Of a stretch of 64,000 nt of DNA, positions 47,564 through 57,013 are shown in pieces; the stretch's first letter is position 1, and every line of letters begins with the position of its first letter. Source of the stretch: a virus; IMG/VR virus record IMGVR_UViG_3300027704_003324, positions 75,241 to 139,240 of that record; one strand, written 5' to 3'. The notes under the pieces are model-generated. The model was not told the origin of the DNA. It saw only the letters and a program-made list of their open reading frames with translations, and did no database searches. The position numbers and the translations under genes were made by a program.

Positions 47564-49156
47564 CTATACTAACTCTAAGTCAGAAATAAAGATCTTACCA
47601 TAAAATTCTGGTCTGATCATTTTCTTAGCATAACGAGTCATTAAACCTTTTCTTGGAGTGAAGGTTTCTGGATCGTATACCATTGGAGTCATCATTAATG
47701 GTACATAAGGAGCATATACTGCACCAGCTTCTAAGAACTGTCCACCTCTGTAACCTAACAACATAATGTTCTCAGTCATATAAGGATTCTTGTAAACTTG
47801 GAAACGGTTAGCTAAGCTACCAATTTTCTGTACACCCATTGCAAATTTCTCTTGGTTACCGTCAGTTTGTGCAGCATATCCTGGAATTGATTCTAAGATT
47901 GTTGCTACTGAAGGAGAACATACTACGAAGTTTGCACCACCTCTTAAGGTCTTTTGGTGAATCTTGTTAGATACTTTCTGTACTTTAGTTCCTAATGTTT
48001 GGAACCATTGTCCTTGAGTATTGTAAAAATCTGAAGTTGCTGAAGACCAAGCACCGCCTTTAAAGACTTTGTTGTTCTCTGCAGACCATTTTTCAGTTGT
48101 TGTAGCGCCTTTGATCAACATATCTAAGATTTCTAAATCAATCTCCATAGAGATGTATTCAGATAACAAAGAAGTTAATTCAGCTTCTGCATCAATTGAA
48201 TGGTATGCGTTAAGATCTTGAGCAAATTCTGGAGTCCATTGTGCTTTTAACTTTCTAGTCTTAGCAACAATTGCCTCAGATTGTAATTGAACATCGATTT
48301 CTGGAATAGAAATAGAAGTATCAACTGCTACACCACCGTCAGCTTCAAAATCGCCTCTTGTGTTATCTGTTGGTTGTTTGTGATAAGTTACTTGAACGTT
48401 ATCTGCATCAGTAATATCTCCTGCTCCTACTGTTTGTACGAATACTAAGTTAGATCCTGAGATTTTAGTGAATTGCTTGTTGATTGCTACTGAACCAGAA
48501 GTTAATCCGAATGCACGAACTCCTTCTACGTCATAGTTAGGAATAGAAGATAAAGCGATAGATACAGTTTCGTATTCAGCTAATGTAATACCAGCATCGA
48601 ATCCTACATCTTTAAGCTTTGCAGCTCCTACTGCAGCTGCTGCTACAGTTCCAGATACACCGTTGATAGTGTAACCAAATTGACCTGCTCCGTATAATCC
48701 TCCTGAAGGATCTACATCAACACCCATTTTGTTAGCACCGTCAGTAACGTTACCGTACATATTTTCTCCATCAGCACGTCCGTTAGCGGCAGTACCATAT
48801 TTGAAATCTAGATAAAATACTAGACCTGAAGGTAAAGACATTGGTTGTACAGATACGAAATCCTGTGCACTAATTTGAGCAAATACTTTTCTTACCAAAG
48901 GTAATGCAACACCAGCCCATTGTTCTCCTGCGCCTGCTGTAAAGCCTGCTGAAGTACCAGATGCACCTGTGTTATTTGCTTCTGCTACGATTTGTTTAGC
49001 TTGGTTCTCTAAAATCATAGCCATGTTTGTAGCTACTCTTTCATCAGTGATCCCTTCTAACAAACCTGAAGCACTCCACTTCTCAGCTAATTTTGCTGAG
49101 TCTGCTTGTAAGCTTTTAAAGCTGTTTGAGCTTTCTAAAAGATTGTTAATTTCCAT
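47564..49156 (-). CDS. Major capsid protein (T4 gp23-like)
   Basis: LPLVRK, VQPMSLPSGLVF, AKTRKLKAQWTPEFAQDL, EIDLEI, YAPYVPL, PRKGLMTRY. Confidence 0.96.
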   Translation of the reverse strand: MEINNLLESSNSFKSLQADSAKLAEKWSASGLLEGITDERVATNMAMILENQAKQIVAEANNTGASGTSAGFTAGAGEQWAGVALPLVRKVFAQISAQDFVSVQPMSLPSGLVFYLDFKYGTAANGRADGENMYGNVTDGANKMGVDVDPSGGLYGAGQFGYTINGVSGTVAAAAVGAAKLKDVGFDAGITLAEYETVSIALSSIPNYDVEGVRAFGLTSGSVAINKQFTKISGSNLVFVQTVGAGDITDADNVQVTYHKQPTDNTRGDFEADGGVAVDTSISIPEIDVQLQSEAIVAKTRKLKAQWTPEFAQDLNAYHSIDAEAELTSLLSEYISMEIDLEILDMLIKGATTTEKWSAENNKVFKGGAWSSATSDFYNTQGQWFQTLGTKVQKVSNKIHQKTLRGGANFVVCSPSVATILESIPGYAAQTDGNQEKFAMGVQKIGSLANRFQVYKNPYMTENIMLLGYRGGQFLEAGAVYAPYVPLMMTPMVYDPETFTPRKGLMTRYAKKMIRPEFYGKIFISDLELV

Positions 49157-49189
49157 AATTGAAATTTTAATTTAAGTTTATATTTAATG

Positions 49190-50266
49190 TTATTTAATAA
49201 TACCTGCTAATTTCTGCATTCTTAATACTGCTTCTGATACTTGTCCTATTACTGGAGGATTACTTGCTGTAGTTCCTGTAGCTCTAGAAGCCATACCTCT
49301 ATGTTCTTTAAGATTGGTTTTAGCTGGTGCGACAATATTGTCTGATACTGTTTCGAAAACTAATTTTACTTCTTTAACTGTTTCAGCTTTATCGAATGCA
49401 GCGATTATGCTTACTTTCTGGCTTTCAGTTAATGAATTAGCTTTGAAAATTTTATTAACGTATAATAGTTTAGAGTTAAGAATGTTAACTTCGTTTAGTT
49501 CATGTCTTAAAGTCTCTACTGTTACAAGAGCTTCTTTAAGGTCTGCACTATTCTGTTTAGCTTCCTTCAAAGTATCATTAACGTTTTTCTCTTTAGTATC
49601 TGATTCTGCTGATACTTCGTTTTCTGTACTTTCTTCTACTGGCTTATCGTCTTTATCTGCTTCTTCACCTTCGGTAGTTAAACCTTCTAGTTCTGCAAGT
49701 AATTCGTCTAAGTCAATTTCTTCTTCACCTTCTCCGTCTTCTGGAGCCATTTCTGGTTCAGCTCCCATTTCTGGTTCTGCTTCCATTCCTGCATCCATAT
49801 CAGCTCCTAATTCATCTTCTCCTTCTAGACCTGCTTCAGCTCCCATTTCGGTTGCTATTACATCTCTAATAAGATCTTTAAATTGATCGACTGATAATTT
49901 AGATAAGTCTTCATCTCCGTCTATTTCGTCAGCAGCTTCTTCTGCTTCATCCTCCATAGGTGCGATTTCTTCTTCTCCGTCTAATTCTTCTTCTTCTGGA
50001 GCATCCTCATCGGATACTTCAGTATCTGCATCTTCCTCTTTTACTACTTCGTCTTTAGCCTCATAGTTACCTTCTTCTACCTCATCAGATTCAGTTACTG
50101 CTTCTTCTGTGGAAGAGTCTTCCATCTCTTGAAGTTTTGCAGCTAACATATCTTTTAAATGAGGAGTCAAAGACTCTTCTAGGGCTTCTTTCGCGTTAGC
50201 AATAGCAGCGGAACGTACAGATTTTGCTTCAGCAATTGCTTGCTTGAATAAATCTTTGTTTGCCAT
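49190..50266 (-). CDS. Prohead scaffolding/core protein (gp22-like position)
   Basis: Very acidic, coiled-coil, EVNILNSKLLY, C-terminal MQKLAGI; directly upstream of the capsid gene. Confidence 0.78.
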   Translation of the reverse strand: MANKDLFKQAIAEAKSVRSAAIANAKEALEESLTPHLKDMLAAKLQEMEDSSTEEAVTESDEVEEGNYEAKDEVVKEEDADTEVSDEDAPEEEELDGEEEIAPMEDEAEEAADEIDGDEDLSKLSVDQFKDLIRDVIATEMGAEAGLEGEDELGADMDAGMEAEPEMGAEPEMAPEDGEGEEEIDLDELLAELEGLTTEGEEADKDDKPVEESTENEVSAESDTKEKNVNDTLKEAKQNSADLKEALVTVETLRHELNEVNILNSKLLYVNKIFKANSLTESQKVSIIAAFDKAETVKEVKLVFETVSDNIVAPAKTNLKEHRGMASRATGTTASNPPVIGQVSEAVLRMQKLAGIIK

Positions 50267-50362
50267 TTTAATAAATGTTTGTTGTGGGTTTCTACGATTA
50301 TTATAAATCGTAATAGAAAATTATAAATTGTTGGAATCAGTATAGAGACTGATTATTATGTA

Positions 50363-50370
50363 TATAAATA
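50363..50370 (-). promoter_or_regulatory. TATTTATA putative late promoter (scaffold-capsid transcript)
   Basis: Follows a terminator; leader contains two hairpins. Confidence 0.55.
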
Positions 50371-50390
50371 TATACTTTTTACGAAAACAA

Positions 50391-50414
50391 GAAAACCACC
50401 TGTAAAAGATGGTT
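50391..50414 (-). terminator. Probable terminator
   Basis: AACCATCT-TTTAC-AGGTGGTT followed by TTCTTGTTTT. Confidence 0.6.
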
Positions 50415-50451
50415 AACTTTCCTGCCCGTCGGTAGCGTCCGAGGAATTACC

Positions 50452-51261
50452 TTATCCTAATAGCCCGATGTCTGATAAGACGTCTCTTACTAGGGTATGT
50501 ACTTCTTTTCCTTTAACTAGAGATTTTACTGAAGCGAATGCTGTTTGTCCCCATGCTGATTTTCTGATTGAAGCGATTACATCGCCTCCGTATTGACCTG
50601 CTAAGAAGAATATAAATAAAGCATATAGTCCTTTAGTAACTGGGTCAATGTATTTTTTAGTTGGTCCTATCATTACTACTGATAGTACTCTTTTAATTGG
50701 TGACATAAAAGCTGCTTCGTTCTTATGCGTCCAATCATAAATTTTTGTTGCTATATCATCTGTTTTCTGCCATCCTTGTTTCTTAGCTATCTTTTTAGCC
50801 ATAGAAGAAAGCATATTAGCTATTGTATTGGATAATAGTACGTAACTAAGTATTCCTAATACTCCAACTACTTCGTTAGCTTGATCATCTTGCTTAACCT
50901 CTTTACCTTCTAATTCTTTAGCCATTGCTGCAGCTAAAGCAGAAAAGTTTTCACCTTCATCTAACTCATAATTATCGTAATCATCTTCTTCTCTTCTATA
51001 TGCTTCATAATCTGATTCGTCAGTATCTTTTGCAGCGTCTAATAAGTTACCAAGTTCTACATCATCTTCCATATCCGGATTAAGTAGGGTAACAGAGTTT
51101 GGTAAGTCATCTCCTCTACCTATGTGTAGTTCATAATCTATTCCTTTTTCGTAATTCGCTTTTAAATAGTTCTCTACATTACCTATGTCTTGTAGATCAT
51201 AGCCAAAAGTAAATAAACTATCATCATCGTAATTCTCTAAGATTATTTTGGATAATTTCAT
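50452..51261 (-). CDS. Putative internal head protein (duplicated module plus hydrophobic C-terminal domain)
   Basis: MKLSKIILE; YELHIGRGDDLPNSVTL module shared with the ORF at the right edge. Confidence 0.7.
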   Translation of the reverse strand: MKLSKIILENYDDDSLFTFGYDLQDIGNVENYLKANYEKGIDYELHIGRGDDLPNSVTLLNPDMEDDVELGNLLDAAKDTDESDYEAYRREEDDYDNYELDEGENFSALAAAMAKELEGKEVKQDDQANEVVGVLGILSYVLLSNTIANMLSSMAKKIAKKQGWQKTDDIATKIYDWTHKNEAAFMSPIKRVLSVVMIGPTKKYIDPVTKGLYALFIFFLAGQYGGDVIASIRKSAWGQTAFASVKSLVKGKEVHTLVRDVLSDIGLLG

Positions 51262-51839
51262 TATGCTCTCAATATATCGTTAATTATTAAATTTAAGTTA
51301 CTGTATTTAGCAGGTCTTAATTTACTTTCTGATAATGCAACTGGGTTCATAAATGCTCCATGTGTAGAAGGATTAGATACGAAATCCCAACAAACTAATT
51401 CAAAATCGTTTTGTACTTCTAAAGTACCTTCGTTTGTCTGCTGTACTGATCCTGTTCCTCTAGAGGATATCCCTATAGTATGACCAGCCTTAATTATTTC
51501 TTTTACTATATTTCCTGATGGAGTATTAAGTAGTTCTACTCTTCCCATCAAATCATCTCCATCCCACCATAAGTCTTTGACTATGTGAGAAGCATTCTTT
51601 AATGACACTACAGGAGATTCTGGATGATCTAATTCACCAAAAGCATTCCCGTTTTTAACAAATTCTTCTGTGTATTTCTTAGATTCTCTTTCTAAAATTG
51701 GCTTAGCATATACTCTACCATTCTGGTTCTGTGCTTTTGCTCTTTGCATAACTCCTTCTACTTCAAAAACTCCAGGTCTCCCTTTCGCTTCTTTAAGTAC
51801 GGACTTAAACGGTGTTACATCTACTAGTAATTGTGCCAT
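51261..51839 (-). CDS. Prohead core protease (T4 gp21-like)
   Basis: NQNGRVY, FGELDHP, SH, GISSRGTGS, DFVSNPS. Confidence 0.93.
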   Translation of the reverse strand: MAQLLVDVTPFKSVLKEAKGRPGVFEVEGVMQRAKAQNQNGRVYAKPILERESKKYTEEFVKNGNAFGELDHPESPVVSLKNASHIVKDLWWDGDDLMGRVELLNTPSGNIVKEIIKAGHTIGISSRGTGSVQQTNEGTLEVQNDFELVCWDFVSNPSTHGAFMNPVALSESKLRPAKYSNLNLIINDILRA

Positions 51840-51842
51840 GTT

Positions 51843-54011
51843 TTATTTTCTTTTAGTGTACTTAGTCTTTCTTTCATTGATGTTAGGTGAAAAAACACTT
51901 TGTTTAGGAGTTTCATACATTTCTTCTTCTCCTAATGGTTTTGTACCGTTATTATTAGCATCAATTTCTGCTTTAGATATTGTACGTACTTTAGGTAAGT
52001 CCACATTCTTAGTAAGCCCTTGTTTTACTACTGGAGCTAGATCTTTTCTAAATGCTGCTTCTAATGATGGTGCGATAAATGCTCCAATCTTTAATCCCTC
52101 TTCGTTTCTAAATTCTGCTGTCTTAGCAAATGCTCCTTGGATCTTTCCTCTCATCTTATCATAGAAAGATTCTATCTCTGTTACAAGATTTTCCAGTTCA
52201 TTCACTACTGGTTTAATACCTTCAAAGCCTTCATAAGATTCTCCCCATTCTGCTAATTTAGCAGTAGCAGCTTCATTGATAGTAGCTTCTTTAAGCATAT
52301 TAACGATCATGCCTTTAACATTCTCTTTTAATGCTTTTTTAATTGCTATGTCTTTTGCAGCCATATAATCGTCTCCGTCTATATCTCCATCGTTATCATG
52401 ATCTGTGCCTTTCTCTTCTTGTAAGGAAGCTTCAAGTTTTTGATCTATATAAGCTATAACGTCTGATTTAGCATGAGGTATCATTCCTGGCTCTGTCATT
52501 GGACCAGCTTTCCATTCTCCAAACTCAGAAACTACTAAGTCTACTGCTTTATCAAATTGAGGACCCATAGACTCTACATACCCGCCAGTTTCATAATCAT
52601 TTTCTGTGACTATTTTACCGCCTTGTATTTTTTTTCTACGAGCTTCATATAATCCCTCTACTCTTTTTTCTCTCTTAACGTATCCTTCTTCTGCTTCTCT
52701 TATTGGAAATACTCCTTCAGCAATGTTAGTTAGTGTTTTACTAATAGCTGCTCTGAATTTCTTAAGACAATCTAATGCTTCTTCTCTATCTCCTTCTTCT
52801 ACTGAATCTATTACGTATGATAAGTGCATTCCTTCACTATGGTAGTTTACATCTTCGAAAGAATCAAAGATAGCTTGCATAGTCTTTAATGGAGTATTAA
52901 TTCTAACTTTAAGGCCTGTTTTAAGCATTCCTTCATAGTCAAAATCAACTGAGAATTTATCTCCTATTTTATAAGGTTTAATTTGTTCGTCTTTACCGTA
53001 AGATTTAACATCATCCATAAATTCGTCTGACATTGCTTCTTCTACTTCGTTTTCTTGCATGTCTGCTCCAGATTCATAGTTGACAGATATAAATTCTTCA
53101 AATTCATTTTGGATTTCTTCATCCGAAGCTCCTCTAATATCTTGTCTGTGTGTTTTTACAAAATCATATATCACTTGGTCATCATACCCTTTAAATAAGT
53201 GCCCAATTTCTTTTGCTCTGTGTGCACATTGCTCTGCTTCAAATTCATCATCATCGGGTGCGTACATAGCGTCTTGTTCTGAAAGGTGTTTAGCTTTTGC
53301 TGCTTCAATATCTCCTTTATAGAGTTGTTTAACAATCTTACGTCCTAATTCTTCTAATTGGTCTAAGCTTAAAGAGTGTTCTTTGTTAAATCCTGCCAAG
53401 TATGCTGCTCCAATGTCTCCGTAAACTGCTGGATCTACTGCTTCTTCTGAGCCTTCATCCTTTCTAGGATCATCGTGCCATCCTGTAGCATTATCCATAT
53501 CATTTTTAGCATCTTCTTCTGCATCTTCTGTATAAACACCTTCTTTTAGTGTTGCATTCTTTAAACCGTTAAATCCATCTACTTGCTTCTCTCCTCTTTT
53601 AACTTCAACTGCTTTATCGTGCTTGTCTACATTATTATCTTCTCCTGCTACTATATTAAGGTAGTGAAGCTGATCTTTCATTAAGTTAGATATAACAATC
53701 TTCTTAGCTGCTAAGTAATCTTCCTTATTAACGTTTGTAGTTGGATCAATTCCTTTAGCTTCTAATTCCATATCAATACCTCTTTCGACTATATTAATAT
53801 TAAAGTTAGCTTCTAACTGTTCAATTGATTTAGCTGGAGCTTTTATAGCCTCGTAAATCATTCCTTTGTTTTTAAGAATTTGTACAGTATCTGGATATGC
53901 ATTTACATTAGTAATGAATTGTGGAAATTCACTTCTCATCTGTTGAACAAATACTTGTTTGCTCAAAGTGCCCTCTAGGACTGCATTATATTTTTCGGTT
54001 GCTGTTCTCAT
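51843..54011 (-). CDS. Large acidic putative internal head polyprotein
   Basis: 722 aa; many [LIV]xE sites, DHDNDGDIDGDDY EF-hand-like loop, module shared with the right-edge ORF. Confidence 0.7.
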   Translation of the reverse strand: MRTATEKYNAVLEGTLSKQVFVQQMRSEFPQFITNVNAYPDTVQILKNKGMIYEAIKAPAKSIEQLEANFNINIVERGIDMELEAKGIDPTTNVNKEDYLAAKKIVISNLMKDQLHYLNIVAGEDNNVDKHDKAVEVKRGEKQVDGFNGLKNATLKEGVYTEDAEEDAKNDMDNATGWHDDPRKDEGSEEAVDPAVYGDIGAAYLAGFNKEHSLSLDQLEELGRKIVKQLYKGDIEAAKAKHLSEQDAMYAPDDDEFEAEQCAHRAKEIGHLFKGYDDQVIYDFVKTHRQDIRGASDEEIQNEFEEFISVNYESGADMQENEVEEAMSDEFMDDVKSYGKDEQIKPYKIGDKFSVDFDYEGMLKTGLKVRINTPLKTMQAIFDSFEDVNYHSEGMHLSYVIDSVEEGDREEALDCLKKFRAAISKTLTNIAEGVFPIREAEEGYVKREKRVEGLYEARRKKIQGGKIVTENDYETGGYVESMGPQFDKAVDLVVSEFGEWKAGPMTEPGMIPHAKSDVIAYIDQKLEASLQEEKGTDHDNDGDIDGDDYMAAKDIAIKKALKENVKGMIVNMLKEATINEAATAKLAEWGESYEGFEGIKPVVNELENLVTEIESFYDKMRGKIQGAFAKTAEFRNEEGLKIGAFIAPSLEAAFRKDLAPVVKQGLTKNVDLPKVRTISKAEIDANNNGTKPLGEEEMYETPKQSVFSPNINERKTKYTKRK

Positions 54012-54014
54012 TGA

Positions 54015-54191
54015 CTATATTTCTTTATATCCTTGTTTTTTTAATATCTTTTTTGCCTTAGTAGCTTTACCTAGAAAATTAGGAGTAGCGAACTGTTCTC
54101 CTGTACCAGGTGTAAACGTAGCTGTACCTCCTGTTACATTAGCCTCTTTCATTACCTCTTTAACTAATCTTGTAAGGTCTGATCTTTTCAT
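54015..54191 (-). CDS. Small hypothetical head-region protein (58 aa, below ORF-track cutoff)
   Basis: MKRSDLTRLVKEVMKEANVTGGTATFTPGTGEQFATPNFLGKATKAKKILKKQGYKEI; ATGA overlap with upstream stop; fills the gap exactly. Confidence 0.75.
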   Translation of the reverse strand: MKRSDLTRLVKEVMKEANVTGGTATFTPGTGEQFATPNFLGKATKAKKILKKQGYKEI

Positions 54192-55042
54192 AAGCTTCTT
54201 AACTCGTTAACTAAATCGTAATACTGCATAAGATTAACTAAATGAGTATCTTTTACAGTTTCTTTTTTATTAAGTGTAACTATACTCTTTGATACTTCTG
54301 CTAATTTTATTTTTACTACTTCGTCTTTAACGTTCTTAGATAAAGTATTTACTATTTTAGAAATTTTTGTAAGCTCTTCATTAACTACGTTTCTCAATCT
54401 TGCTGTTGAGTTTACAGACGTAATAAATTCCCTAAGGATATTTTTTTGTTCTGGAAGTAGGTCTTTATAGTTATCGTTGAATTTCTCTAATAGTATTTTA
54501 AATGTAAGTAGTTTTAGATCTTTATCGTATCCTGAGTATTCTTCTATAAGTGAATCTTTTACTTTGTTCTTATCTTGAGAATTATCAGTAAGGTGTTCTA
54601 ATATAGTCATCTTATTGTCTACTAAAGACTTAGGGTCTAATACCTTAGTTGAATTGTAAGACTCAAACAAACAATATAAAGCAGCTAATGGTTTATAGTT
54701 TCTAACTTGTATGCTAAAGAACTCTTCTACATCGTAGCTTTCTTTAATAGTAGAAATAAGGTCATACTTTTGTTTCTTTAAACTAGCTTGAGATATTTTT
54801 CTAGCTACTTCTGAAATAGAAGTAAGAATTGTCTCTGCTCTTTTTTGATTAATACCTTTAGAATTGATTACAAATTCGTAAAGTTTAAACTCAGCAGCTA
54901 ATGATGTTTTCCCGGTAAAGTACTTCTTTATAATAGATACGGCTGGTGAATCCTTCTTTGACAAAGTATCCGCAGCAATCTGCTTAACTAATAATTCGAA
55001 TATTAGTCCGGTATTTTTATACTTAGAGTGTTTTATCTTCAT
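54188..55042 (-). CDS. Hypothetical head-morphogenesis protein
   Basis: MKIKHSKYKNTGLIFELLVKQI; between portal and protease; TATTTATA at 55059-55066. Confidence 0.7.
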   Translation of the reverse strand: MKIKHSKYKNTGLIFELLVKQIAADTLSKKDSPAVSIIKKYFTGKTSLAAEFKLYEFVINSKGINQKRAETILTSISEVARKISQASLKKQKYDLISTIKESYDVEEFFSIQVRNYKPLAALYCLFESYNSTKVLDPKSLVDNKMTILEHLTDNSQDKNKVKDSLIEEYSGYDKDLKLLTFKILLEKFNDNYKDLLPEQKNILREFITSVNSTARLRNVVNEELTKISKIVNTLSKNVKDEVVKIKLAEVSKSIVTLNKKETVKDTHLVNLMQYYDLVNELRSL

Positions 55043-55070
55043 TCTATACGTTTACTATTATAAATATGGG

Positions 55071-56987
55071 CTACTTACCTAAATCTTTTATGTTTTCCTC
55101 CTTTAACAAGTCTCCATCGGTTGAATCGCTGTTTTTAGTAAATACAATGTGCTTTAACATATCTTCATTCCTGAGATACTCAAGCTTAGCTTTGGAAGTC
55201 CTTACCTCACTTACATTTTCATTATCGCTTGGAAATCCACCATGCATTCCGTGGCTACCTAGTGGGTCTCTGCCGCCCATTGCTTTAGTAGTACCATATA
55301 CAGAAGACTTTTCTTTAGGTCTGCCACCTTCAGGTCCAGGTTGTCCCCAGTCTGATATAGGTTCATCGTCTTTAACTTCAGCATATCCTGCTGGTAGCTC
55401 ATCTTGACCTCCTCCTTTTGGAGTAGATACTGATCGTCTACCGTACATAGAGGCTAAATCATGTGGTGTACCGTAAGTCATACCGGATTTAGCTGGATCG
55501 TTACCTTCGGCTTCGATTTGTGCTCTTCTAAATCCTCTTTTAGTATCCTCAAGTACTAGATCTCTCATTTCCATATAAGCATCTTCTGATAAATCGAATA
55601 TATTTTCGTAAATATAGTCTGAGGAGAATAGTTTAGTTTCTTGCATTTGTGATGCTAGATCTATCTTCTCTTTTAATAATGCTACTTTCTCTTGTTCAAA
55701 TATAATAGAAGGAGTAGTTAACTTAAGTTCAAAGTTAGTTAAACTTTCTCCTGTAAATCCTTGTGTATATAAATGTACTAGTGCAATTTTAGTTAATTCA
55801 GATTCTAATATCTTTTGAATTCTTTCAACTGTTCTTGCAAATCTTATATCTTCTGCTGCTAAAGTTGCTTTACCGCTCAAGTCTCCTTCATATCCGAAGT
55901 ATGCTTTAGGTATTTTTAATGCTGCAAATAACTTAGCTTGTAAGTACTGTACATCGTTAGTACCGTCGTATTCTAAACCTTTAGTAGTTTCTATTCTAGT
56001 TGATGTATCACCCCCTCTTACTGGTAGGTAATAATCTTCCATCATATTCTGCATATTAAACTTCAAGTTATATTGACCTGTTTGAGGATCAACATAAGGA
56101 GTTTTTTTCATAGTATTAACAGTCTTTTGCATAAACTGCTCTACTTCATTAGGAGGTATAGATCCAACATTAACATAGAACATTCTCTTTTCAGGTGCTC
56201 TCATTATACGATGTATTAACATCGCATCTTCCATTAATGTTGTTTGTTTAAATATCTTACGAGCTGGCTCTAGATAAGATCTTCCGTACGGTAAATAGTG
56301 AGTATCTGATATTAATCTAAAATGAGCCATTTCGTAATTCTCTAAAGTAATAGCAGAACTTTTCTGGTTAGGGAGGTAGGAAGTATCAGATGATGCTCCT
56401 ATACCGTCAGGATTTAGTTCAAATATTACTTTACTAGGATTTTCAGGATCTAGTCCTTCTTTTCTAGCTATATGGTAAACTGTATACGGAAGTACATTAT
56501 ACACTCCAAATTTCTCTGCTATTTCTAACTTTAAAAAGAAATCTCCATATTTACACATATTACGTGCCCAAGACCATAAGTTAAACTCAATGTTCATTAC
56601 ATCGTAGAATAAGTTATAAAGTACTCTCTGTATGTTTTCGTCTGAGGATTTAATCCCGAGTATTTCTCCGAAGTCGTTTTTTACTGTTGCTTCATCAGCT
56701 ATAATATCTAATGCTGAAGCTATAATAGGATCGCTGTCCATTGCTTCATAATCTGCATATAGTTGAATACGTAAGGTCTGGTAGTTTAGATTAGCACTAA
56801 ACATATTAGACTTATTGTACTGATATAATCTAGTAAATCTGTCAAGTAGAGAATTAGTCTCAAACTTACCAGTTTGTTGTATTTTGTTTATATCGGTAAC
56901 TTTTAATTCTTTTCCCCCAACATTACGTATTACTACGTCTGTTGCAAAGAGCCTTGTTAACCTACCGAAAAGAGTTTTATCAGCCAT
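55071..56987 (-). CDS. Portal protein (T4 gp20-like)
   Basis: YEAMDSDP, LMEDAMLIHRIMRAPEKRMFYVNVG, EDYYLPVRGG, ALKIPK, EDIRF; TATTTATA at 57003-57010. Confidence 0.95.
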   Translation of the reverse strand: MADKTLFGRLTRLFATDVVIRNVGGKELKVTDINKIQQTGKFETNSLLDRFTRLYQYNKSNMFSANLNYQTLRIQLYADYEAMDSDPIIASALDIIADEATVKNDFGEILGIKSSDENIQRVLYNLFYDVMNIEFNLWSWARNMCKYGDFFLKLEIAEKFGVYNVLPYTVYHIARKEGLDPENPSKVIFELNPDGIGASSDTSYLPNQKSSAITLENYEMAHFRLISDTHYLPYGRSYLEPARKIFKQTTLMEDAMLIHRIMRAPEKRMFYVNVGSIPPNEVEQFMQKTVNTMKKTPYVDPQTGQYNLKFNMQNMMEDYYLPVRGGDTSTRIETTKGLEYDGTNDVQYLQAKLFAALKIPKAYFGYEGDLSGKATLAAEDIRFARTVERIQKILESELTKIALVHLYTQGFTGESLTNFELKLTTPSIIFEQEKVALLKEKIDLASQMQETKLFSSDYIYENIFDLSEDAYMEMRDLVLEDTKRGFRRAQIEAEGNDPAKSGMTYGTPHDLASMYGRRSVSTPKGGGQDELPAGYAEVKDDEPISDWGQPGPEGGRPKEKSSVYGTTKAMGGRDPLGSHGMHGGFPSDNENVSEVRTSKAKLEYLRNEDMLKHIVFTKNSDSTDGDLLKEENIKDLGK

Positions 56988-57013
56988 CTAGTGTTCGTTT
57001 TTTATAAATAGTA

